Source: Perna viridis (taxonomy: Eukaryota). From it: a DNA stretch of 64,000 nucleotides. Below the pieces are notes generated by a model. It was not told the DNA's origin. It did no database searches and saw only the letters and a program-made list of their open reading frames with translations. Positions within the stretch are counted from its first letter, which is position 1. Each line of letters opens with the position of its first letter. The translations under genes and the position numbers were made by a program. The DNA lies in NCBI GenBank assembly GCA_037379345.1, contig CM074513.1, positions 36,514,885 through 36,578,884 of the forward strand, given 5' to 3'. Of this stretch, positions 12,539 to 25,470 are shown in pieces.

Positions 12539-15500
12539 TTTCCATTGATGTATTGGAGCCTGATGCAGCAAATATTTTTGGCAAATGTTGTGACATAATT
12601 AAAATGTAGGTTTATCTAGATATTTTCATACTTTTCTCAGAGTTAATGTACAATTAAATTACTTTGCTATCTTAATTAAAAGGAAACCATAGGTCATGAC
12701 AACTGATTCTGTGATAAAGATAATGGAGCCTTCATGTTGATGATTTTTTTCATTTTTTCCTTGTTTTACATATTTTATACACAATTAAAAACTGCTCCAT
12801 AGAAATTCTTAAAAATGTGCTAAATGTTGATAAGACATTCTTTTATAATTGCAAAAAAATAAGTGTTACCAAGCTTTTTTGTTATTTAAATACATGTATT
12901 ACATTTCTATGTTGGAACATTACTCACCAATTATCTCCCCTTGAAAGAGATATTTGTAATTTTCCCCATGTGTATAATTCTAAATCAAAACTTCTTTTAG
13001 ATTGATTTAAAGCATAATATTTTACATCATATCAAATGGTATTTGCTCATAGAAAATAAATATTTCTATATAAATTTGTAAGATGACCTAAAATTGTTAT
13101 CTAATATTTGTTTATTAGTTGGATATTAGGAATATACATGTATTTTGATTAAATTAAACTCTTATTTACTCCATTTGCAAGCTGTTATATTTAAGTATAA
13201 TTCTGCCAAAGAATATTGCAAAACTATGTGATATATGCATTTCTTTCAAGTATTTTGACTGGAAATCTCTCACAGTGCCTAAGAGGTAATTTAAACAAGT
13301 ACTATCTTTAAAAAAGAAAAGATAGCCGACACAGTAAAATTTTGTTCCTTTTACTTCTATGTTCCTACATTACTTTCAAGAAGATAACACATGACACGTA
13401 ATTCAAATTTTCTATAGTTTTTTCGAACACCCCTAAGTTATCAGTATTTGGCCAATCGGAAAACAGAATTACGATCAGGTGACTTGCATTTCCATAGATA
13501 AGTGTCTTTAAGGTCAAAGGGTAAAAAGCGAAACTATACCAACTGCGTCATAAAAAGAACGAAAATGTCAGTGAAAGGCCAACTTTTCAAATATTTTATA
13601 TGTGTTCAAGTTATACTATAATTAAGCCTACTCCAGCAGTGCTAGAGGTTGTCTGGCAAGCTATTTACTGACTTTGTGCCCTGCTAAGTAAGATTTTTGG
13701 GAATGGAGGAACAGAATTTCAACTGCTTACATTGTATGAGTATAATCAAGCCATTTCAATATGTCACAAATTGATCATAATTTTAGGAGATTGAAAAGCA
13801 ACAGGATAATAGATGTGATGACACGAAAATTAAAACAGTGCCAAGTGTTCTATGACAAAATAAGACTCTTGATTTTTGAAACAAAGATATGACATTATAA
13901 TAATAACGTTTTTACCCAAAACATAAAAATAAGACCTAGCCAGGCTTTAATTAAGTACCTTTCCTTTATCAATGAATGCATAGTACAACTATCATGTCAT
14001 TTAGTATACTAATACTTTGTGTTAAATGTATTGTAATAAGTTTCACATGGTTTACTGTTTCTGAGTTACATTTTCACCTAATAGCACTTAAAACACAAAA
14101 AAACTCCTTAAATTCTAAAGGTTGCAAGATTGCTTCTTTGGAAATTCCTGAATTAGAGCAAGTGTTGAAAATGCATTTTCAACTATTTTTATTGTTTTTC
14201 ACAAATTTCCTGTTTTGGGAACAATAAGGTTTTTTTTTCTTCAGATTCTAATGAAAACTTTGGACATTCAAACAAATTTTGATATTGGATCTACTTGTAG
14301 TCAGAATCCTGTGAAAAATGGCCAAGGTTAATTTGGTAAAGCCCACCCCCCCCCCCCCCCCTGAAAGATGTACACCATTTTACACTGTAACCAGTTAAAA
14401 ATACCTCTTGATAAACAGTATTCCAACAATAACAAACATTGCAGTATTTTTAAAGAGTCTATTAAATATTATATTTAAATAAACTTGAAATAGGTAACAA
14501 ATCACTCTTTGCATGATTCTTACAAAGAACTATATTTCAATTTCCTTGGTTCTCTTACTATACTGACCTTCTTATTTACTTTATTTATTTCTAATTTTAA
14601 TATGAATTTGCTTTGTGTAAAAAGGTGAAGTGACTTATTGACCAATATAGTTCATGACATTAAGTTCATTTTGAGTTAATAAGAAAATTTATTCACCATT
14701 TAATCAAGTCTACTTTGTCCTTACAAGTTGTATAATATCAAGTATTAGAACAAACAAATTAATACCCAGAAATTAACTTTATTGGTATTGTATATGTTTA
14801 CAAGCTTACAATTCACAAGAGTGGGGTAAAATATAGTTAAATGGCTTTCTGTCCTGCTTTCCTTGCCGTAATTCTGTCTGTCCTGTTCTACCACATAAAT
14901 TTAATCTTTTTAATTGATTTGAATGAAATTGACGGAGCACAAGTGACAAAGTAAACACTTCAGATTTTGAGGTCATTGACGGTATTATAAGTATGTAACT
15001 TTTGATATGGGTCTTGTTAATTGTTCAAGTCTGAAATTGAGGGATTCATGTCATTAAAATGGTTTAATTCCATTTTTCTGGTATAGGTGACAGTAATGTT
15101 TATTTTTACCTTATTTTCTTCCTATTATTTTCCTTTTCATCTTACATTTTTTTTCTATGGCAAAGAACCACATATATGTCAATATAAGACCTTGCGCACC
15201 GCTAATAGTACCAATTCTGATTTCTGCACGTTTCTTTTGAGTTCTCTCGCTATGCTGCTACATAAGTTTTTTTATGAATTGGTTAATGCAATTCTTAACT
15301 TGTGAATTCCATATATAATATCAACTGGGCACATAAACGTCTTGTCCAGCCTTTCTCGTTTGTTCGAAAAAGTTGCAGTTGTGTGTCTGTCCAGTTCTTA
15401 ATTGAAACTTAGTGACCCTCGATGGACAGATTCTGTAAGCCCTGCTAATTTTGATTTTGAAGAAACATAAGTGTTGGTGAATAAACAAGGGTGCAAAAGG

Positions 15501-15767
15501 GCTAATATACCTTGTGGACGTACATTAATTTCTCACAAAAAATGCCCAGTGCTTATAATATTGGAACTTTCAAACCCATTTTCTGCAAAAAATCATAAAG
15601 TCAAAAGAAAATGTCACAACGCTGGTAAAATATTTAAATACTTTACTATATTTAAATAGGAACAGGTAATTTTTTAAATGTGTTTTCTTCAGCACGGAAA
15701 ACTGTGTTTCAAAAAAAGATATCAGCTGTTTTGTTATGAACACAACAAAATCGCACACAACTTGAAT

Positions 15768-16970
15768 GCCATGTGAGCTATTGCCATCACTTGACGTGTG
15801 TTGTCGTTAACAATTTTTCAAAACTTTTCTCCTCTGATATTACTTGACTAATTGAAACCAAACTTGGTGTGAATGTTCCCTGGGGTATCCTGAATAGAAT
15901 TGATGTAGGGATTTTTTATCTGTCGAAAAACATGGCCAGCGTTACTAAAAATACAACATAAGGGTCAAAACCATTAGATTAAGATTTCTGACGAGGGTAA
16001 AAGTGTTCAGCATGATGTGATCTATCTGTGGTCCAATTTTCATTTCAATCTGTTAGCCATGTTGGAGTTATTGCCCTATTTCATCGTTATTTGCTATTTT
16101 TAGCTCATCTGGCCGAAGGCCATGTGAGCTATTGCCATCACTTGGCATCCATCGTCGTCGTCTTCAGTCATCGTCTGTCGTCCTAGTCGTTGTAAACAAT
16201 TTTTGAAAACTCTTCTCCTCTGACACTTGGTATCAATGTTCCTTGGGGTATCCTGCATAGAACTGATATGGGGATGTTTTATCTGTTGAAAATCATGGCT
16301 GCCGTTACAAGAAATATAATATAGGGGTCAGACAGTATTTTTTTTCGCATATTATATCTCCAAAACGTTAGGTTTAGCCAAATTGTGACCAGGTAAAAGT
16401 GTTCAGCATGATGAGATCTATCTGTGGTCCAATATTCGTTTAATTTGTTAAGCCATGTTGGAGTTATTGCCCCTTTTCAACGTTTATTTGCTATTTTTGA
16501 TGTTATTTCTTTCCAAAATCTTCTCCTCTGACAGTACTTGACCAATTGGAACCAAACTTGGTAAGAATGTTCCTTTGAGTATCCTACATGGAACTGATGT
16601 GGGAATATTTGATCTGTCGAAAAACATGGCTGCCGTTACTAAAAATAAAAAATAAGAGTCAGAAAGAAGTTTTTTGCATGTATCTCTAAAACAGTTAGGT
16701 TTAGCCAAATTCTTTTAATTTCTGAAATAATCCTTATTATAAGGCCTACAAAAGTCTTCAGGGGAAAAAGCTGTCCGACGACTCCTTGTAAAAGTTATTG
16801 CCCTTTGATTTTTTTTCACAGTTTTCACCCAATATCTTGAAAACTATGATAATTCCTACCAAAGTCTTCTTGAGTAAAAATTGTTGGACAACTTCTTGTT
16901 AAATTTATCGCCCTTGGAAGGCAAAATTCAAAAAGGTGAGCGATTCGGGCTCCTCGGACCAACTTGTTTA
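15768..16970 (+). mobile_element. Non-autonomous Helitron/Helentron (HINE-type) element(s) with internal tandem repeats
   Basis: 5' TTTTAGCTCATCTG plus hairpin GGCCGAAGGCC at about 16097, (GTC)n microsatellite, three approximately 300-bp repeat units, and 3' GGTGAGCGA plus short hairpin at about 16934-16969. A truncated tandem copy starts at about 15768. Confidence 0.75.
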
Positions 16971-17610
16971 ACATATTCTTTTCAGTTTTTGTGAATGGTT
17001 AGAAGCCATGAAAGCTTGGATTGGGTTGATTTTTGTAAATATCGATCAAAGGGGACCACTTGTTTTGGGTATATGGACGGGAAACTTCTAAATAAGAATG
17101 CAAATGTGGGCGCGCGGGATATTGTGAGCTGATAAGGTTGTTTGGTTTTGATATTGCTGTCATCACTTAGTATATTGTGAGCTCATTAAAGTACTCTAAT
17201 TTTTATATTGCTTTTCATAGGAATTTGACACTGAGTGCATTCACTGAAAGGTGAACATTTTCAATCCCATAGACATGTTGGACTTATTTTAAACTTTCTC
17301 ATGGTTTTGTCCTAATAACTCGCTAATAGTAATAACATGGATGAACAGTTGCTAATGAGTTTATGTGTCTGAATTGATCACCAAAGAAATATATATGTTT
17401 TTGTACTTGCTGATAGTTAACCTTTTTCACTTTATATAATATACGGGAATTTTCTTCGTTTATTCTTTGAATAACTTACCCTTATTTCTATGATCTTACG
17501 ACAGGACTGTACCTCTTGTGCATGTTTTGTACGTGAACTATCTTCTCGTTATGTCCTACCCTACTATAGCTCCTTTATTTGATTCTAGTGTTTGAAAAGA
17601 AAACCCTTAA

Positions 17611-17868
17611 CAGGGGCGGATCCAGGATTTTAGATTAGGGGGGGGGGGCGCACAGATAAAATTTCGCCGAGCGGAGAGGCGAAGACATTTTTTAGGTCAA
17701 ATTTTTGAAATATTCTTCTAGAGTGGGTGCAATGTAGATATCTTTTGTGGTAAAATTAGCGAGAAATTAAAGTTCTAACCTATAACCGCCTAAATCTACC
17801 CCTGACATTCCATGATTTGCAAATTTTAGGGGGCACGCCCGCCACGCTCCCGCCTGAATCCGCCCCTG
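17611..17868. mobile_element. hAT-like MITE (CAGGGGCGGAT termini)
   Basis: CAGGGGCGGATCCAGG ... CCTGAATCCGCCCCTG inverted termini. Confidence 0.75.
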
Positions 17869-20197
17869 TTTAATGTAAAACAGACATATGAACTAAGTTA
17901 ACTTTAATAAAAATGTAGGTCCCTTTCAATGTTGTCTACTTGACCTTTAACAGCCTCCATTAGTTTATCCTAGGCGAATTTAGAAAAAAGAATGTTAAGT
18001 GATCGTAGTTCTACACCCTCTTGATGTATTTATATCGTTAATTTTTCGGGTCGTGACAACTGATTGATATTTTTAAGAAAGCACATCGCGACGTCCGTTT
18101 TACAAATGTTAGGTACTTTTAGACCGTGACAGGGAGTCAAGTATTTGAAAAATGGGTATGAAGTTAGTTTTACAGTTAGCACTTCAGCATTTCCCTTGAA
18201 ATCAAATCAAAATTCTAAAGATATTAATTATAGCAGCTTCCACCAAAGAAAACGATATAATACGATATTTTCAGCCTAGGTATTATGTTGTTAGTTTTAA
18301 GGTAAACTATTGATCATAGACCCAGCTCTGGTTGTTCTTTTATCATGTAATTACTTAATGAAAAATACATTAACTTGACAACTTTAATTAACCACACGTC
18401 TCATTCATTTCAATGATAAGATTTGCAGATAAAAATATAAAGTACACATGTATTGATTGGCACCAAGTCATGTTTGTTATTCCGTAAATTGCAAATATTA
18501 TCATTGCCATTAAGGTTTTAAAGTGCGTCTTCGCAGAAATTAAAAATCTGTTTGTGCTTAATTATTTGAAAACAAGAGTGTGCCCACAAAGTTATACCAC
18601 AAATTCGGACATATTCGCTATTGGTAGGCATAACGCGTTTACTTTTTTTTGGAATGAGTATCTCTATTAGAATAAAGTTTATATTTTTAACGATTGAATT
18701 TGAGTTTAAACCTGATCTTTGCTGAAATTTTATTTATAGTAGTACCGAATGTTGACTAGGTTACAGGCCCTTCAAGAAGACAACAAAACAAGCCATGTCT
18801 TCTCTACTTCGGAAGACATCGACTCATGTGGTTAAAACAACTACAAAACACAATTCTGTAGCATTTATTCTTCAAATTTACAAAAAATCAACATCTGCTA
18901 CTAGACAGAACGTTGCAAACAATTAACATGATCAAAATTGTGTATAAAACATGTATATAACAACAATAAATACATTTGTAAAAAAAAGTACAAAAATACT
19001 CAGTGAAATCCAAGGGCTTGGATCTAAAACATCAAGAAAATTAATATGATCTTCACGAAACAATGCAATACCAGATACGTAATAATTATATAGGGAATGA
19101 ATTGGATCCATTTTCTTTACGTATGTTATTTTTATTGATATGGATCGATTATAACATTCCGGACTGTGTGATTTAGGTTTTCTCTTTAACTGTTGTTACC
19201 CCAAGTCCGAATAAGAACCAAAGAATATTTATAATGAATGTAGTTATTTTGCAATTATATATTGGCTCCGATTAGAAATACTTTCCAAAATCAGATAATT
19301 TCTAATAATCATTTAAAAAGACACTTATGGTGCTACGTACAGTGTATTTCTTGTTTTATTTTACATTTTGTCTTTAACGATTTCTTATATCAGGATTTAT
19401 ATGATACCTCGCTGTGTCAAGAATATATCATAAGATATCAGAATGTAAATAAAAAGATCATTTATCGGAATACGGTGTCTATTTTTACATGCACCACTTG
19501 TGTTACAACAATGGAGGGTTCCAATAATCAAAATCTTTTGATTTTGACCTATTATAAACTCGATGACGTCACGAATAAATTCCTTTTGAACTAGGATTTG
19601 GAATTGTTCCCATTAAAGATAGCCCACACTGCTGAAATCATGTATTGAAGAATTTAAAAGCCTAATACTTGTTGGCCTTGAACGAAATTTTTGGCACAAC
19701 TTTCATTCGATCCCTTTTTGAGATATTACTTATAATTCTTATTATGCAAGTATTCATTAATCTCTTACAAAAGCTGTCCGTTTCCTTAGAATAGTGACTA
19801 TTTACTCTAGAACAGGTTCAGCTAACTGCAATATTTATATTAATAAGATGAGTGACGAAGCAATTCACAAATCTGCTCTTGAAAAAAGGGTACATTCTTA
19901 AATATAGGATTGTGATTATGATTTTTAACGAAAACGGTTGATAATCAATCTGGGTACTAGAGTTTTACAACAAAATCCACTTTTTTTTTCGGTTTTTAGG
20001 GAAAAAAGCCGATTTTTGAATCTCAAAAATTTGAGTTCACAATTTTTTTCAAATTTTGCCGAAAAAAGATCTACTTCATAACCTTGGGATTGTTTAAAAA
20101 TTCAAGCGAATATCTGCATTTTTAAAGATTTATGCGCATTATGTGTAGTTAGTAAATGTTTCTTTTTGAGATTGTTGGACTGTATATCTATCTTGTA

Positions 20198-20418
20198 CAC
20201 AGGCTTTTTCACATGATTTTCACCTGATTTGAGCAAATAAACTAAGTGACAGAGTTCACATGAAATTCGGGTGAATGGAGCCTTCACGTGAAATTCACAC
20301 GAATTGTTCACATGAAATTTGTGTTTAGTGAATTTCACATGACAATCATTTTAATTTCATGTGAATTTCACGTGAAGCTTGATTCACATGAATTTCAGGT
20401 GAAAAATATTTGCCTGTG
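20198..20418. mobile_element. Small CACTA/EnSpm-like MITE with TTCAC(A/G)TGAA repeats
   Basis: CACAGGC...GCCTGTG termini flanked by TA; about ten internal TTCAC(A/G)TGA motifs. Confidence 0.7.
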
Positions 20419-21507
20419 TACATAATGTGTTACTTACAAAAACTTGTACGGAGTAGAGTTTAAAAGTAATTGATATACATATATCTTAGAGTCTTTTAAA
20501 ATAATAAAATGGAATATGGCTTTTAGGAAAATCAAATATTTAATGTAAACATGAAATTTGGATATAACTGGCCATCAATTTAAAGTCTGTATACACGTAA
20601 GTGATTAACCAGGTTATTCGCCCCACTTTTAAATAAATTATGCTTATTATACAGCACTTTGAGAGAATAAATGTCAGCATACCATGACCTTAGGTAGATT
20701 CCTCCGCGTAGCCGTAAATAACTTAAACCATAAAAAAGATCCTGAAATGTATATGAACACAGTAGATATGCAGTTTTTGTTGCAAGTGACCATAGGTCAA
20801 AACACCTAGTGTTTTACTTATCACAACATAAGTGTTATTGTAATTCATCTCAACATTGGACGGATTATGTCAATGAACATTAAACATCCGAAAGAATGCC
20901 CACAATTATATGTTATTTCCAAACGTACACATTTACCATCTCAGTCTGAAAAATAAAAAAAAAAGAAACATTTACCACAAATTACAATGAACGTATAATG
21001 TACATTGTAACAATTTACAGTGGCCATGCACGCGTTTTAGATTAATTCTTAAAATGACAATTTCAAAGTCATCTTTGTAAAAAGAGATGGATTATTTTTA
21101 AATCTTATTTTACTTAAAATCAAAGGCTAAGGAGGTAAGTTACGTAGTTAACATAAATTTGAAATTACTGTAATATTGTAAAAAAAAATCCTGAAGCTGC
21201 CCCATGAACAAATCCTAAACATTAAATTCAACAGTACTCTGTTAGGATCTCATGCTATGGATATGCACTTCACTTCACTTTTAAACTTTTGACGTGGTGA
21301 TGTTCAATATTTGGGCAAATTAAAAAAAGGAATATTATAAGCATTGGTAAGCAGAACACAATTGTTCAGACTATAAATTGGGAATTAACAAGTCACAGGA
21401 TTGCTATAAGTTGACTGTAAATAACTGTTACAATCCCTTTTTATAGTAAAATCATGTTTTATAAATTGCGCTTATAACACTCGTATATTTATGAGTACAT
21501 CTGTATA

Positions 21508-21768
21508 CAGGCGCGTAGCTGCCGTTAGGCAAAAAAGCTTTTGCCTGCACTTAATTTTGCCATTTTTTTTTTATATAAAATACATGCAGGAGAGGCATAA
21601 ATGATGCTCTAAAACGCTATCTCCGCGGAGCTTCGGGGGGGGGGTGCTTTGCCCCCCCCCCTGGACCCCTACCAGGACTCCGCCCTGGACCTGCTGGGGG
21701 CCTCAAGCGGCCCAGACCCCCTGCCGTAATTTTGCCTACTATTCAATTTGGCCTCAGCTACGCGCCTG
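21508..21768. mobile_element. hAT-like MITE (CAGGCGCGTAGC termini)
   Basis: TIRs CAGGCGCGTAGCTG / CAGCTACGCGCCTG and a GC-rich core. A second copy lies at 31274-31493 and an internal fragment at about 667-745. Confidence 0.8.
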
Positions 21769-22190
21769 GTATGTATTTTTATGATTACTTAGCATGTCAC
21801 CATCCGAGTACATTAGTTACTAAAGTATACCACCGTTTGATCCAAGTATTCCTGTACCTGCTTATTGACGTTCCGCTTAATGGATATTACTACTCGTTTA
21901 TTGCGTTTTACCATAAAAGAAGAAAATTAAAAAATAACTTTCATAGAGATGATTATATGGCTTTTGTATAAATACGTTTTGTATTTAGAAAATGACGAAT
22001 TGCATGTTAGGAGCAATAAAACGTATGCTAGTATGCATCGAACAAGTATATGTAATGATGTTAATTTTAATGTTTTGGTCACACGTGGATGTGCATAGTT
22101 TTTAAACTTCTTCCGCATTCGTTTTCAATGCATATACTAGCTTTGTATCCCGGATGTTTGATAGTTGACCGTACGTACATGTATACTTAC

Positions 22191-24179
22191 TCATGATGTT
22201 TGGACGCTGTAAAATTGATGGTCTGAAACTAACTGGCAGGCACTTGGAGTCGCAATAGACTTTGATGTGTCACACAACTGCTGAGCAGAGAGCAAGTCTA
22301 ACGACAAGTTACGGTTAATGGTGCTCCCGCTCATCTTTGGGTGATTTGGGGAGTTCGGGAGTGGTTGGAGCCGAAGTGGCGGTTTAATACTCAACATACT
22401 ACTTGAAGTGTGGCTTAGCTCGGGTTTCTCAAAATAACTTACTTTATCTTTTCGTTTTTTTTTCTTTTTAGTTTTTGCTAAACCTGTAAGAGAAGAAATT
22501 GTACTGTCCATATCAGATTTAATACTTGAACATGGCACGTGGTTACTTCCATTCTTAGTCCTAGTACAATCATGAATGGCACTAATGTCATTCTCGGTAA
22601 CTTCGCGGGGTACAGAGGTTGTTTTAGCATTGCAGTTTATTTTTTGTTCTTCCTCGAATATATCTTGAGCAATAGTTGAACTTGTTGAGGTATCATTTGT
22701 TACGAAAGATACTGTAGTTTTAGTAGTACTAATATCTAACCCTGAGTCGACTGCAGATGACACAGTTATGGAAGTTTTCTTTAACGTATCTGGTGTTTTA
22801 GACCGAACCTCTGGATGTGAACTGGAGCGTCTTTGAATAGTTTGTTCAGTGTGGTTTATACTCTTACTTGTAATAGGGTGCGATACCGAAAAGGGATCCA
22901 ACTCATTGCTGGAATCATAGTCGCTTGTATCACACTGATTGAGGTACTCCTGTGAACCAATCACGTCACATTTCTTCACTTTAGGGTTTTCATAAATATC
23001 TTCATTTTCTGACAAAGTGTCATCATCACTCAATGTATGCATATGGACACCGTTAGCATTTGCAAAAAAGACGGGAACCTGAAATCCCGTATTCTTCGCA
23101 GCGACATCCTTCGCCGCTTCTTCTTTTGCTGTCCTTTTTTCTTCGTTTTTGATTTTCAGTTTGAGCTTGTCTTCGAGACTATCTCTAGTACTCTCCGGTG
23201 AGTATTCGCTCTTATTTGCATCAACAACAGAATTCCTCTTCTTACAAAGAATCAAATCTTTGAACGTATTCCAAACGTCCTTATTAAAAGTAAAAGCCAA
23301 AAGTGGCAATGCCATCACATATGAAAACTTAAGCCACAATAGAGTCACTAGAACGCAAGCACTATATGTGATTCCACTGAAAGTTAGACGCACTATAAAT
23401 GCACATATGAACGGAAATTCACAAAGCAACCATACAAAACAAAGAACACCAACACACTTGGTAATGAGCACTTCATTCAAACACTGTAGTTGTTCACTGT
23501 CTGTGTCTTTTGAGTACTGATGTTGTGTCATAATGGAATGAATATGATCGCGTTGTGAAAACGTATACCTGATGACTAAAGTGAAAAGAACTATCATTGC
23601 ACAAAGTGGAATAATATAGCACAATAAAGAATAAAATGTCAAATACACAGTATTTGTGGCATCTAATGGAAGACAAACACTCAAGTCTTTGTAAATCTCT
23701 ATGGCAATTAGTCCTGCGGCCAACGGAAAACCAAATGCCAGAGCATGAATCCATGTGTAAATAATCATGAAAAATGTTCTTTGAACGTTCTGAATACTCA
23801 CGTACTTCGTCGGAAATACGGAATATATAAATCTATCCAATGTTAATAAAGTCAATGTCAGAGGTCTTTCGACAGTCACAACATTCATAAAGAAGGAGTT
23901 AGAACGGCAGAGAAAGGTCTCTAGATCTGTAGCGGGTGAAACAGTATATCCAATTGTGAATGAAAAGTTCAACAGACAATCAATTAGGTTTGTGAGGGCT
24001 AGATTCAGAGTTATAATATGAATTACTGTTGTTCTGAGTCGCCGATTACTTCCTATCGTTATTACAAGGAACAAGTTTCCGAATAGTCCTACAACCAAGA
24101 AAATGACCAGAAATGTCGTCTTGGTCTGTGTTGACGGTAATATTGTAGCATTGTTATTGTCCGTAGAGTTAGCAGCCAT
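22191..24179 (-). CDS. Rhodopsin-like (class A) orphan GPCR, GPR161-like, intronless CDS, long C-terminal tail
   Basis: 662-aa ORF with seven hydrophobic segments and N-terminal N-glycosylation sequons (NST, NAT). Motifs: GN in TM1, LALTN in TM2, Cys at the top of TM3 and in ECL2, DRF at the end of TM3, W in TM4, P in TM5, CEFP in TM6, and WLKFS..LPLL..FNK.V resembling the GPR161 TM7/helix 8 pattern. Confidence 0.88.
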   Translation of the reverse strand: MAANSTDNNNATILPSTQTKTTFLVIFLVVGLFGNLFLVITIGSNRRLRTTVIHIITLNLALTNLIDCLLNFSFTIGYTVSPATDLETFLCRSNSFFMNVVTVERPLTLTLLTLDRFIYSVFPTKYVSIQNVQRTFFMIIYTWIHALAFGFPLAAGLIAIEIYKDLSVCLPLDATNTVYLTFYSLLCYIIPLCAMIVLFTLVIRYTFSQRDHIHSIMTQHQYSKDTDSEQLQCLNEVLITKCVGVLCFVWLLCEFPFICAFIVRLTFSGITYSACVLVTLLWLKFSYVMALPLLAFTFNKDVWNTFKDLILCKKRNSVVDANKSEYSPESTRDSLEDKLKLKIKNEEKRTAKEEAAKDVAAKNTGFQVPVFFANANGVHMHTLSDDDTLSENEDIYENPKVKKCDVIGSQEYLNQCDTSDYDSSNELDPFSVSHPITSKSINHTEQTIQRRSSSHPEVRSKTPDTLKKTSITVSSAVDSGLDISTTKTTVSFVTNDTSTSSTIAQDIFEEEQKINCNAKTTSVPREVTENDISAIHDCTRTKNGSNHVPCSSIKSDMDSTISSLTGLAKTKKKKKRKDKVSYFEKPELSHTSSSMLSIKPPLRLQPLPNSPNHPKMSGSTINRNLSLDLLSAQQLCDTSKSIATPSACQLVSDHQFYSVQTS

Positions 24180-24649
24180 TTTCTCACGTTGTCTATTGAT
24201 CTTTCATGGCGTCAGCAAAATATATCTGCTATTCCCTTCCTGGAACGTAAGATCCTTTCCAAAGTTAATTTTGAACGGACCTGGCATGATAAGTACGTTT
24301 TATGTTTGCATCACATTTTGTCGATATAATCTTTGTTAGTTATGAGAAAATATTTGAATATTTTCTACAAGTTTAATCTTGCGATTTACCTATGTTAATT
24401 GTTACACCTGGACGGATAATCGATAGACCTAATAGTTTTATTGACTCGGAAGTTTTAGGTCTTACAGTCACTTTATGCATAATGTATATCGATAAGTGAT
24501 TTTTAATACATAAATACTGGACGGTGTCGAAAAGTAGGAGTAGGGTTTTTCCTTTTTTTTTTTGGCTAAAATTGAACAATTTGAACATGAATGTATGTCA
24601 CGAAAGGATTGATAAACAAGATAGAGAATAAATGTGCATATTTCTTATT

Positions 24650-24935
24650 TTTTTAAGGGGTGTGTTTTTTTATTCAATTCATTCCAAGCTAACCAAAAAT
24701 TACAGTTAGAAGTTGCCTTTTGTAAAAACATACTTAACCTTACCTTTTAGACTACTTTTTAAGGGGTGTTTTTTTATTCGATTCATTCCAAGCTAACAAA
24801 AATGACAATTAGCAGTTACCATTTGAAAAACATAATCTCGCCTTTAAACTATTTTTAAGGTGTGTGCGCGTGTGTGTTTTATTATTCAATTTCATTCCCA
24901 GCTAACCAAAATAATAAATCTTACCTTTTAAACTA
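24650..24935. repeat. Three-copy tandem repeat of about 100-110 bp upstream of the GPCR
   Basis: TTTTAAGG(G)TGTG...TATTC(A/G)ATTCATTCCAAGCTAAC...CCTTT occurs three times. Confidence 0.8.
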
Positions 24936-25344
24936 TACACTACTTATCTTATACTATAATGTACACGGCTGTGTTCTATTTGGCTCCAAGAAAAAGTAAT
25001 TTTTCCTCGTTCTTGGTTCAATATAAGCCGAATATAATACCGTACATATGCGAGTATTACCCCAGAAATGCTAGAGGTTATCTGACAAGCTATTTCCTGT
25101 TCTTTATTGTCACAGACGAACAGAATTCTAACCTCTTTCATTGTAGTGCGTGTATGGGCCTAGTATATGGCGGTCTGCATGCAAGTATTAATAGATTTTA
25201 GGTGGTATCGATAGTATTGACCATATATTGTGAGATAGGTAAAACTTAAGAAACATTAGTCAAAGAGCTGCTTGGCCTTATCAAATAAAAGTCCGATGCT
25301 CCACATTTTCACTCCATGAAATCGCGGGGGTTGGAGTAAATTCA

Positions 25345-25470
25345 AGTGCCATCCCCAGTGATTGGACTAAAGGTCTAATTGCAAAATTACCAAAGAAGGG
25401 GGATCTGCAAGTTGGTGACAACTTGCGAGGTATCAACTTATTGTCACCCCCAGTAAAGTCTTCTGTAGAG
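25345..25470 (+). mobile_element. Small RTE-like LINE RT relic
   Basis: Translates as IPSDWTKGLIAKLPKKGDL...DNLRGINLLS. Confidence 0.7.

Noticed and set aside
23149-23520. Antisense ORFs overlapping the GPCR (similar ones overlap the transposase and ZNF)
   Set aside because: Shadow ORFs of real coding sequence with no independent features.
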